NCBI GenBank assembly: GCA_001244265.2 | Contig: CDLV01000014.1 | Location: forward strand, 620,001-684,000 | Direction of reading: 5' to 3' | Length of the DNA: 64,000 nt | Origin: Microbotryum violaceum | Lineage: Eukaryota | Shown here: positions 1 to 10,648 of the stretch, one piece after another | Layout: the number at the start of each line of letters is the position of its first letter | Numbering within the stretch: position 1 is the first letter of the stretch | Program-made: the position numbers and the translations under genes | Notes under the pieces: generated by a model | Databases searched by the model: none | Seen by the model: only the letters and a program-made list of their open reading frames with translations | What the model was told of the DNA's origin: nothing

Positions 1-2762
1 TCGCAACTGGGCCAGCCTACGGCCTCAACTTCATGATCACAGCAGAGAAGTTCTATGACATCTCGTACAGCTTCGGCTTCGACATTTTGTTCATCCTTAC
101 GACCCAGATGGCGGGCTTCGGTGTCGCGGGCTTGTGTCGTCGTTTCCTTGTATGGCCGGCGGCGATGATCTGGCCGCAAAATCTCGTCTACTGCACCTTG
201 CTCAACACTTTGCACGCCGAAGACGAGAATGAACCCGGAGGAAGGGTCTCGCGATTTCGCTTCCTGACCTACGTGCTACTCACTGCTTTCTGCTATTATT
301 TCCTCCCTGGTGCGTATTCTTCCTCAATTCTGCTCAATTCTGCTCAATTCTGCTCAATTCTGCGCCGTGCTCATAGCCACCTTATAATTCTGGGCAAAGG
401 GTTTCTCTTCCAAGCACTCTCGGCATTCTCCTTCGTTTGTTGGGCTGCCCCCAGTGAGTGACGCCTACACTCGAATATGGCCAGGGGACTCTATGCCTTT
501 GCTAACTCCGCCGTTCATAGACCACCTGATTGTAAACCAGCTGTTTGGCGTCAATTCAGGACTCGGTGAGCTGCCGGATACCACGCTGTATTATGAACGA
601 CGCAATGGTTTCGGTGCTGAGCTTGTATAATCTGCTCGCAGGCATGTCCGGGCTTACCCTTGACTGGGCACAGGTCTCGTACATCGGTTCACCGCTTGTC
701 ATTCCTTGGTGGGCAATTGTCAACATCTTCACGGCCTTCGTAGTCGCTTTTTGGGTCCTAGCGCCAATTTTATACTACAACAATGTGCGTGAACGGTCGT
801 GCAATCGTACCTACCAAGGAGTTATCACTTACGTTCAATCCTCTTTGCAGGTATGGGACAGCGCCTACTTGCCCATCTCGACCTCCTCCGTCTTTGACCG
901 ATTTGGGGCACCTTACAATACTTCCATTGTCATCAACAAGGCCACTCTCTCACTAGACTTCGAGGCCTACCAAGCTTACTCGCCCGTGTATCTTCCCATT
1001 ACCTATGCCATCTTCTACGGGGTCGGTTTGATGACAGCCTCAGCGCTCATCGTTCACACTGCCTTCCACCATGGACCCGACATTGTTCGTCGGATCAAGG
1101 CGTCCACCATACAAGATGACGACATTCATATGAAGCTCATGCGCGTCTACAAGGAGGTTCCCGAGTGGTGGTACCTTATCGTAGCCGGTGTGGCCCTAGG
1201 GCTGTCCATTTGTGCAGTAGCCGTAAGTCTGAAGTACGACTGAGTAGTGTCGGTCGCAAGGAGTTGGCTACTCACATCGATGTGGCTTGCGCAGGCATTT
1301 GATACAAGGATGCCCGTGTGGGGAGTGGTACTTTCTCTTGCGCTTTCGACGCTCTACACTATTCCTGGAGGATTTGTCTATGCGCTGGCCAACGTTGTGG
1401 TAAGCTGGATGCACAAGCCTGCCGGTGCGGTGCTCGCGCTGATGGACGCCTGTCTTCTTTCAGATTTCAATCAATTTGGTCACACAAATTGTCGGGGGTT
1501 ATTTATTTCCTGGGCAGCCTTTGGCCAACATGGTTAGTTCTTAGCACTTGCTCAGTTCCATCAAGTATTGACCTTCCGCCCACCAGATTTTCAAAACATA
1601 CGCTGCGCAATCGCTCAATGTGACGCTCGCTTTTGTTTCGGATCTCAAGCTGGGTCATTATCAGAAAAGTAGGTCCACGGTCACGCTTTTGGCAGATGTG
1701 GACGTTCCTGATCTTCAAGTTTTTTTTGTCCCGCAGTTCCGCCTCGCATAACGTTTTACGGTGAGTGGTTATTCGAATGCAATTTTCTGCCACGATGCTG
1801 ACAGTGGTTTTTATTCGGCCCGCACGTAGCGCAACTTTCATCGACATTGCTGGCCTGTTTCGTCCAGGTTGGAGTGAAGCGACTGCTTGTCTCAAACGTT
1901 CCAGACTTTTGCTCGCCAACCCAGGCGTCGCATTTGATCTGCCCTGGAGCACGAGTGTTTTACTCGTCGTCCATTGTATGGTAAGGGTAACCATACCAGG
2001 CCATATCACCGTGGCAAATGCTGATAATTTCGTTCACCCACTTTTCAAGGGGACTCATCGGACCACAGCGCATCATTGGCGTAGGGTCGTATTACTCGAA
2101 GCTACTGTGGTGGCTGTTACCCGGCGTACTTTTGCCGATCGCTGCGTGGCTTGCAGCACGGCGTTTTCCGCGCAGTTTCGCGCCTTTGATCAATTTCCCG
2201 GTCGCACTGGTTGGTGAGTGGCACAATCAATGGTACAGGCTTATCGCGATTCAGGTTGGACTGACCGAACTTCGAGCCGAGGTGCAGGTATTCAACTTGT
2301 CCCTCCCGCTACTGGAATCAACTACGCATCGTGGTTCCTGGTCGGCTTCGTCTTTCAGTATCTCTTGCGTCGTCGCCGGTTCTTATGGTGGTCCAAGTAC
2401 AACTTTGTATTGTCAGCCGGGCTCGATAGCGGTACCATCATCGGCGGCATTGTCATCTTCCTTGCGTTGGTGCTTCCAAAGGGCGGGACTATCTGTGAGA
2501 CACATTCTTCGTCTACATGCTTGCTTCGCAGAGCACCGGCGCTGACGCTTCACTTCAAATGCACTTACTTTTGGTACCACCTTCCAGTCGTTGATTGGTG
2601 GGTTGTGCGGTCCCTTTACTTTTGTCTTTCTCGGTTCTGACGTCCACCCTGCTTTGTGTGTACAGGTGGGGCAACACGGTGTTCACGAATACGCTCGACT
2701 TTTTGGGCAATTCTTTCAAGGTGCCGCCCGAGGAAGGATTTGGGCGAACGACGTGGAATTGA
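1..2762 (+). CDS. OPT-family oligopeptide transporter, 5'-truncated by window edge, multi-exon
   Basis: Spliced exons give GFGVAGLCRRFLVWPAAMIWPQNL, LTLDWAQVSYIGSPLVIPWW, DDIHMKLMRVYKEVPEWWY, DLKLGHYQKIPPR, KYNFVLSAGLDSG and terminal WWGN..GFGRTTWN*. Exon phases join in frame. Confidence 0.93.
321..363. repeat. Intronic tandem repeat, 10-mer TGCTCAATTC x~4
   Basis: tcctcaattc tgctcaattc tgctcaattc tgctcaattc tgc inside the first visible OPT intron. Confidence 0.9.
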
Positions 2763-3297
2763 TGGACTCCTGAAATGAAATCAGACATTGGGCTTTGTGG
2801 GGATTTGAGTGGTTGTCTGTGCTTGTTGTGTGCGTTTGCTAAATCCGCCTTTGTCTTTGAAATTTCTAGGTTGTATTGCTAGGCTTCACATTGCTGGATT
2901 TCGGTGTCGCGACTAGCTCGAGAAGTACAACTCTAATAAAGCCACAGGCCACAGCATCACTTCGAGTGAAACCGGTGCTCTACAGACTTCCGTGCTCAGC
3001 GGGTGCGGCGCACGGGCCCCTAGCCCCTCTCGAACGGGTCCGCCACGTGTGCGCTCGCGCGTGCCCCTGAACCGGGATCACACTAGCCTGATTCTTAGAA
3101 GTTAGCGCGCTTTATCTCTCCTTCCATAATCGAGTTCCGAGGCGAGTGCGGAGAGCCAGACTATTTGCTCCGTCGTACTACGGTCTGGACTGAGACGGCA
3201 GTGTGTCGGGGACTCAGGTTGCCCCTCCGCCACCCGTGCCCCCCTCATCGGTCCTCGAGTAGGCGAGTGAAACTCACGCGTCAACACAGCCCGAGAC

Positions 3298-6200
3298 ATG
3301 GCCCCACGATCGAGCACGAGCCACTCTGGCCGCCGCAACCTCGACCACGGCGTTGGTAGCTACGACCACAGTGAAGATGACGACATGCATTCGGGTTCGG
3401 ATGACGGGATGTTCTCCTTCGCTCGACCGTCCACGGCGGATCAGCCGACTCGCTCCATCCCGTTCGGGGTGCCTTCGCACCCAAGCTCACCTCCAACACC
3501 CGACACCGTCACACTTGCCCCTGATGGCAGCGCACGCTCCACTCCGCCAAAACAGCTCAACTTTTCGCGCGAGCACGACGAGGGCCTCGCCGCTTCGGAT
3601 CGAACACATGGTCATCAGGGGCAACCGGGACCTTCGACGGGCAGCGTACCGCCAAATGCGGGGCATAGGCTTCCTCGTAATGATATCGTTTTCGACAACG
3701 CGACTTTCTGCGTAGATCTGGGAGGTCGGCTGCGGGTCGGGTACCAAAACTCGGACTCGGAAGACTCGTCGTCCGGTCACCACGGATTCGGCTCAAGCAC
3801 TTCCACCGGCCGCAGGTGCGACACGGAAGCCTCTTTCCAGTCAGAGTCACACGACGGGTCTCAGGTCGGATTGAACCCATTTGGCAAGAGTGTCAATCCG
3901 TCTCGCTGGGGAAAGTCAGACAGACAAAACTTTCGCTTGGAGAACATCGATGTCCATCCGAACCAGCCGCATGCGTCGAGCTTGTACGGCGACGGCAGCG
4001 ACGACCACGCAAAGGTCGTGCAAGTGAGCACTGACGCGGCTTCCGACAGTGGAGATATCGAAGAGGACTCACCCTACGCTGAAGTCCGCGCCAGTGTCTC
4101 CAACTGGGACGACCCCATCATTCCATCGCTCACGTTTCGGAGTTGGTTCCTCGGCCTGACCCTTTGCATCTTGCTGGGTAGTGCGAATACGTTCCTCGCT
4201 TTCCGATACCCCTCAGTGAGTCGATTAGACTGCACCTATTTGAGGCTGCACCAGACTTACAGATGGAACATGGCAGCCTGCGATCACTCCTCTCGCCACC
4301 TTGATCGTGGCATACCCTCTCGGGAAGCTTCTGGCGATGTTGCTGCCGATCAAGGAGTGGTCCATTCCTCGATGCTTACGGCTTGGGACGACAATAAGTC
4401 TCAATCCTGGTCCGTTTTCCCAGAAGGAGCATGCGGTGATCGTCATGATGGCCAACGTTGGATTAACCCCCCCGTAAGCCTAAGAGTGATGCTTGTTAGA
4501 CGTACATCTAGCTCGATCATTGCACATCCACGTGAACTGATGCCAGCCTCCGCTCCGGTCGCTGCCCAGCTACGCGCTCAACTACTCTGTGGCGTCCGAA
4601 GTGTTCTACAAGATCAAGTACAGCTTTCTGTTTGATTTCCTGCTCGTTCTGAGTTCCTGCACACTCGGGTTCGGTATCGCGGGCTTGTATCGCCGGTTCC
4701 TCGTCTGGCCGGCAAGTTTGCTTTGGCCGCAGAATTTGCTCTTGGCAGCCCTCATCGCGACTTTTCACGCCGAAGAAGACAAGGAGCCAGACTCAGTGGG
4801 GATCCCTCGGCTACGAGTGTTCACGTACGTCATCGTGGGTGCGGCAATATGGTACTGGATACCAGGTACGCACACTTCTTGCGAGGAGCACATCTTCCTC
4901 CAACTAGCTGGACTGATCTCACTACCTCTCGTCCATCCGTGAAGGGTACATCTTCCAGGGCCTTTCCGCTTTCTCTTTCGTCTGCTGGATAGCTCCAAGC
5001 AAGTGCTTAATACGCTTCCACCTAGTATAATGCTTTCAGCTTGAGCTGATCCTCCCCCCCCCCCTCGATGATGCTTCCCGCAGATAACACGATTGTGAAT
5101 CAGCTGTTCGGGGTCGACACGGGACTCGGGATGTCTTTGCTCACCTTCGACTGGGCTCAGATCGCCTTTATCACCTCACCTCTTGTCATCCCGTGGTGGG
5201 CGATCGCCAACATCTTTGGCTGCTTTGTGGTAACCACCTGGATCGTCGCGCCGGCCCTGTACTACAGCGGCGTGTGGTCGACGAATTACCTCCCCATATC
5301 CGCAAGCGCGGTGTTTGATCGGTACGGTCAGATGTACAATCTCTCCAGAATCTTCAATCAATATGAGGCGACCATTGATGCTGCCGCATACACTGAGTAT
5401 TCGCCGCTCTTTCTCACCTCGACCTACGTGTGCGCAGTCGGCCTCGCCCTTGCTCTTCTGCCGGCAGCGCTGACACACACAGGGATATACCACGGCCGAG
5501 ACATCTGGGCCAAGCTAAGGGGGCGCCAGACCGAGCGGGAGGATATACATAACAAGCTCATGAAGTCCTATCCCGACGTTCCGGACTGGGCCTACGCGTC
5601 ATTCGCGGCGGCGGCGCTCGGACTTGCGATGCTCGCCACAGGTGTAAGTGTTTCCCAGTATAGTTCTGGTGTGGAGCGGTACTCTCGCGTGGTTCTGACT
5701 TGTATCTACGGGAGTAACCAGTTATGGCCTACTAGAACGCCTGTGTGGGCAGTGCTGATCGCATTTCTGCTGGGATGCCTCGTTCTTCTCCCCGCCGGAT
5801 TTGTGTATGCCATGAGTGCCACCCCGGTGAGTTCCCAGGGTCACCTCGAGCTGGTGAAGTAAAATCAGCTGACCCTGTTGCCAAGTACTCGAACAAAGCT
5901 TCAAGTCAATGTTCCGAGCGAATTACTAGCGGGGTACATGATGAAGGGTAATCCATCGGCGAATATGGTACGCCGCCGAAGCAAAGTTTAGTAGTTGGGA
6001 TCAATCCCAGACTCTAATCATTCACGTACCACTCGCAGCTGTTCAAGATTTACACTCTCACCACTACCCAAGTGGGACTCAGTTTCGTGCAGGACCTCAA
6101 ATTTGGACACTACATGAAAGGTCGGTTCAAGCTTTCTCTTCTTAGTTCTTAGGAGGCTCTCCTGGAACGGAAGCCAAAGGCTCACCTGGCGGACTTGTGC

Positions 6201-7307
6201 GAGTTTGCAGTTCCCCCCCGAGTCACCTTTCTCGGTAAGTGATCATCTATCTTCCATGATAGTTGCTCAGTTCCACTGATAGAGAGAGATCATCAAACAG
6301 TGCAAGTCGTCGCCGTTTTTGTCACTTGTCTTGCCCAGATCGGGGTAAAGCGATGGCTGGTTGCCAACGTGGAGGACTTTTGTCAACGAGGGCAGAGTGC
6401 GCTCCTCGTTTGTCCAACTACTCGCACCTTCTATTCGGCGTCTATCATATGGTGAGAAAGAAAACACATGATTCGGAGTGATATTATCGCATCTGCTAAC
6501 GCGCAAACTCACACCGTATAGGGGAGCTATCGGTCCTTCGAGACTGTTTGGACCGGGAAAACAGTACAGCCCGTTACTGTTTTGCGCCTTGGCCGGCGCT
6601 GTTGCCCCCCTCCTCCCTTGGATGTGTGAGAAGCGGTGGCCAAGAAGCTGGCTGGCCTGTGTTTCTCTCCCGGTGGCGATGAACGGCGCCCTCGCCGTCA
6701 CGAGCGCGAACGGAATCAACGTGAGCTCGTCTACCCCTCGGCTCTTCGTAATTGTCTTTTTGCAGTACTGACCCGAGGCGCTGGGTGTCTCGGAATCGTA
6801 GTACTCGTCCTGCTTCATTGTGGGCTTTGTCTTTCGTAAGCCACAATATGGAGTAGTCAGATCCTTCACTCTTCGTGATCGACCAGGCTGATGCCACTCC
6901 ACACCTGCAGAATACTTCTTGCGCCGTCGTCACTTCTCAACTTGGTCCAAATACGTATACATCATCTCGGCCGGGCTCGACTCGGGGACCACGTTCAGCG
7001 CGCTCATCATCTTTTTCTCGTTGATGCTACCCAAGAACGGGCAGCTTAGTGAGTGTTGCCAGTGTACGGGAGGCAGGAAAACTACAGCAAGCTCATTGAC
7101 GATCCCTTTGCCACCTCACCTTGATGTTTGAAGCACTCGATTGGTGCGTGTGTGCTCTCTCGAGTGATCAACAATCGAATCGGTAAAGCTAATCCAAGAA
7201 TCTGTTCTTCTAGGTGGGGAAACAACATCTTTAAGAAAACTGCCGATTGGGCCGGTACATCGCACCGGGAACCGCCTCCTCAAGGCTTTGGTCCAGATAC
7301 GTGGTGA
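3298..7307 (+). CDS. OPT-family oligopeptide transporter (tandem paralog), multi-exon
   Basis: EEDSPYAEVRASVSNWDDP..TFRSWFLG, NPGPFSQKEH, DLKFGHYMKVPPR, KYVYIISAGLDSG, WWGN..GFGPDTW*. Spliced model reads through in frame. Confidence 0.93.
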
Positions 7308-7444
7308 CGAAGGCCAGAGGGGTTCCTGGCAGTACCAGACAATTCGATCGTCCTTGATTCTTGTTTCACGGTGGCTCCGTAGTCGCTCGTTATATACTTT
7401 TGAGGTTGCACAATTTACATCTTCCACACGTACTTGATGACAAC

Positions 7445-10264
7445 TTACGATCCCATGCGTCTACCGGTCAAAGCTCGGAATGCCTGTCTTTCCACCTCTG
7501 TCTGCACTTCCTTGATTGAAAGCAGCCGCCACCCCTCCTTCACCGACCGACCGGCCTTGCTCTCAATTGCTTGGCTGAGCTCTCCTTCCACGTCCTTGCC
7601 CGAAGCGAGGTCTACGGCTGCGCCACCTGTTGGACTGGCGAACAAAAAGTCCGGTAGGGTGGGGGCTTTCTCAGCGGCGATGATGATGGTAGGTGGACGC
7701 CGGGCGTACAGTCTCGGGTCTGAGAACGACGAAATCGTCGAGGCTTGCAAAGGTGCATGGTGCGGGTAAGGCACGCTCGGCGTATGTGACCTTGAGAGCG
7801 GTTCGATAGAGGCTGCGCGATGAGTCGTTGCAGATCGAGGGGAGGGAGCGACGATGGACTCGGCTCGACCAGCCGTGTTTGAGCCGGACGGTGTGCTCTC
7901 GCTTTCGAACGCATAGAGGTGCACCCACCGGGCTCCAACCATGCCCAAAGCTTCGAGAACCTCGGCCAAATCCTTGATGTCCAGACCCACGAGCAAAGCC
8001 GAGGTATGCACTCCGACGGCGTTGATAGGGCTGAGGTTTTGTGTGATGATGTCGGCCAGCGCCAGCACTCGGACGTTTGTGTGCTTGTACCATCCTTTTG
8101 GTATCGGTGGTTCATCGTAGCTCGTCGGCTCGGAGCAAGCTGGCACGACGAGATCGATCCAGCTGCTTGCTTTTGCGGGAGAGAGGACTTGGTCCGACGG
8201 GCTTTGCGTGCCGGCTCGGAGGGCCTTGCGAGGGGAGAAAAACGCCCTGCCAAAGTCGGTTTCGGTTTCGCGGAGAGACAGACGGTCTTTGACAACGAAG
8301 GTGTAAGGCAGACCAAGGTGGTGCGCTTCACGCGAGAACGAGTCGGCGATAGCGTGGGATGGGACGAAGAATGTCTTTTCAAGTGTGAGACCGGACAAGA
8401 AGAGGGCTTGCTGTGTTTGAGCGTAGGTCAATTGACCTGGACCGGCCTTACCAGGAAGAAGCGGGTGCGTGACGGGCGAAAATACTGGGCTGAGAAAACG
8501 AGAGAGCTGTCCGCCCTTGCCGAGGTTGATCGCAAGCAGAGGTATTGAACGGTCGACCGATTTAAGAGTCGAGACCTTCGCGCGGAACTTGAGTAGCTCG
8601 AGGTTCGATTCGAATGATGTCGGAGTAGAGACGAATTTGATGATATCGACACCGAGTCGTGCCGCTCGCGAGTACTTGTCCACCATCTCTGGGGAGTCCC
8701 ATTTCCATGCGCCTACGCGATCGTGGTCAGCCCCGAGGCACTCCGTTGCCGCCCCTCGCAACGCAAGTAGTCTCACGATCTCTGCATCTGGTAGGGACAA
8801 TTCAAGATCGACATACTCGGCACCCAGCCTGAAGCCAAGTTCGACCAGCGCCAGATACCCCTCCATCAACTCCTCGGTCTCGAGGTCTGGAAATTCACCC
8901 CCCTGCGATCTCGTCCGCACGGTGTACAGAATTGGGAGCGGGGAGCACCGTCGCAAGTGGCCGAAGCAAAGTGTCACGAAGTGAGGCGACGGCACTTTTG
9001 TTCCTCCCTTGCCATTTGATCGAGCTTTGTGTAAAGTTTCCGGAGCAGGAGATACTCCACGCGAGTCTGGCGGCGTTTTGGGCAGTGACTGCCGCAACGT
9101 ATCCACGCGCAGCTCGATCACACCGACACCACCGGTGACTTTGCGTATGGTCTCGCCCGAAAGGTTGAGCAGGTTGGGAAAGTTGAGCGCCACAAAGCTT
9201 GTCCTCTGGCCCTTGGCACCGCGCCCCATCTCGCTCTCGCAGGCGCCATACCCTCTATACTCTCCCGAGCTAGGGCCAGCGATGGGAGATGGTCTGGGGC
9301 CAGGGATGAGCGGGACGTGGGACGAGGCGAGGCCAAATGGAACGTAGCAGCCGAACAAAGGCGGTTTCGACGTGCTTCATGAGGAATTGCGGCGATAGCG
9401 GTGGAGGATATGCCGTGAGAGAGACAATGGTGTGGGAGCAGAGGTCTTCAAAGTAAGGTGTCCTTCGACTCCACACGGCGCGAATCTCCTCGCCCCAGGA
9501 CGGTCTGAGAGATGAGGCCGAGTCGTTGGTCAGCGGGCGCAAGGACATCATAAGGTGGGCCGAGATGAAGCTTGCCTCGCGTTTTCGTCCACGAGATACC
9601 GAATCGTCTCCTCCTTGTCCCTAACGACGTGTACGATTGGATGGCCTGACGCTCTGAATTGTCGCAATGCCGAGCGGTTCTCCTCGCGTTCGACGACGCC
9701 TCCTCCGCACGCAATGACGTAGTCACGTGGATACTGGTGGAGCAACTGCTTGAGAATAGCCGTCTCCTTGTCACGAAAGTCGGCCCAGCCGCGAGCTGCG
9801 GGTGAGACACCATCATGTGGGGCTCAGCCAGGTTCCGGCGGATACTGCGGAGGAAATCATACTTTTCCGCAAGCGGTTGGATGGCCCCGAGGTGGTGCAT
9901 ACGAGTAAATCTACGGCGAACATTGCTTACCTTTGACAAAGTCGGTGATGGGTCCGTGCAAGGTCTGGAAGGCTGAGTCGGCATCGATGAACTGGCGCCG
10001 GAGGGAAGTGGCCGCGATAAGACCGAGCGTAGTCTTGCCGACTCCACCTAATCGAAGGTGATACGATTGTCAGTCCAAGGTACACGTCTGGTCGCACTCG
10101 AGCGTCTCCCGTCGCGGATATTTCTGCCTCTGCCCTCGCACGAAGCCGACGCTCGCTGCGAGCATGCATCACTTGAGCTTGCGAGGCCGATCACGGGAAC
10201 AGCACTCACGCATCCCAATCAGAGCGATGGTGGCATCTGCATCGTACAGCGGTGCGTGAGGCAT
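7445..10264 (-). CDS. QutR/QA-1S-like quinate repressor-type protein (shikimate kinase + type I dehydroquinase + degenerate shikimate DH), apparent frameshift near 9335
   Basis: ATG at 10264. MPHAPLYDADATIALIGMR|GVGKTT P-loop, GWADFRDKE, ACGGGVVE; DHQase-I motifs IELRVD, YTVRTRSQGG, YVDLEL, DHD, DIIKFV, GQLSR, AGPGQLT. No DHQ-synthase or EPSPS domains, so not full AROM. Confidence 0.8.
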
Positions 10265-10648
10265 TGTCGGGCTAGGTCGTACGACGCCGGTACGACGTTC
10301 CGTCGGCCTCACGGGTACCGATCGCCCCGTCAGGTCCTTTCCCTCAGCGAAGAGCTTGGTATTTTGTGACCGCAGGTAGCTGCAATGAAAGCTCCCAGTT
10401 GCAGTGAGTGGTGGGGCATTCTCCGAAAGCCGCGGCTCGTTCTGGCTCTCTCGGCCGCGCTCGGCCGCTCCGGGCTCGATCAGGCTCGATCAGGCTCGAT
10501 TTACCCCACAACTTATCACACCTTGGGCGCGTAGGCGATCGCGCTCCTGTTCGCAACGCCGACGTTTGCATCGAAACCAGATCTACTCGGTAAGCACGCA
10601 AGGCACGGCGCAACCCGTCACCAATCCAACTGGGCCAGCTCGATCGTC
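10265..10648. promoter_or_regulatory. Divergent promoter between QutR-like gene and Zn2Cys6 TF, with 10-bp-period repeats
   Basis: Head-to-head ATGs at 10264 (-) and 10649 (+); CTCGGCCGC x2 (10450-10468) and (CA)GGCTCGAT x3 (10473-10500). Confidence 0.6.

Noticed and set aside
10495-10525. Possible QA-1F site (GGRTAA..TTAYCC) in the divergent promoter
   Set aside because: Only isolated half-site-like words; the spacing does not form the palindrome.
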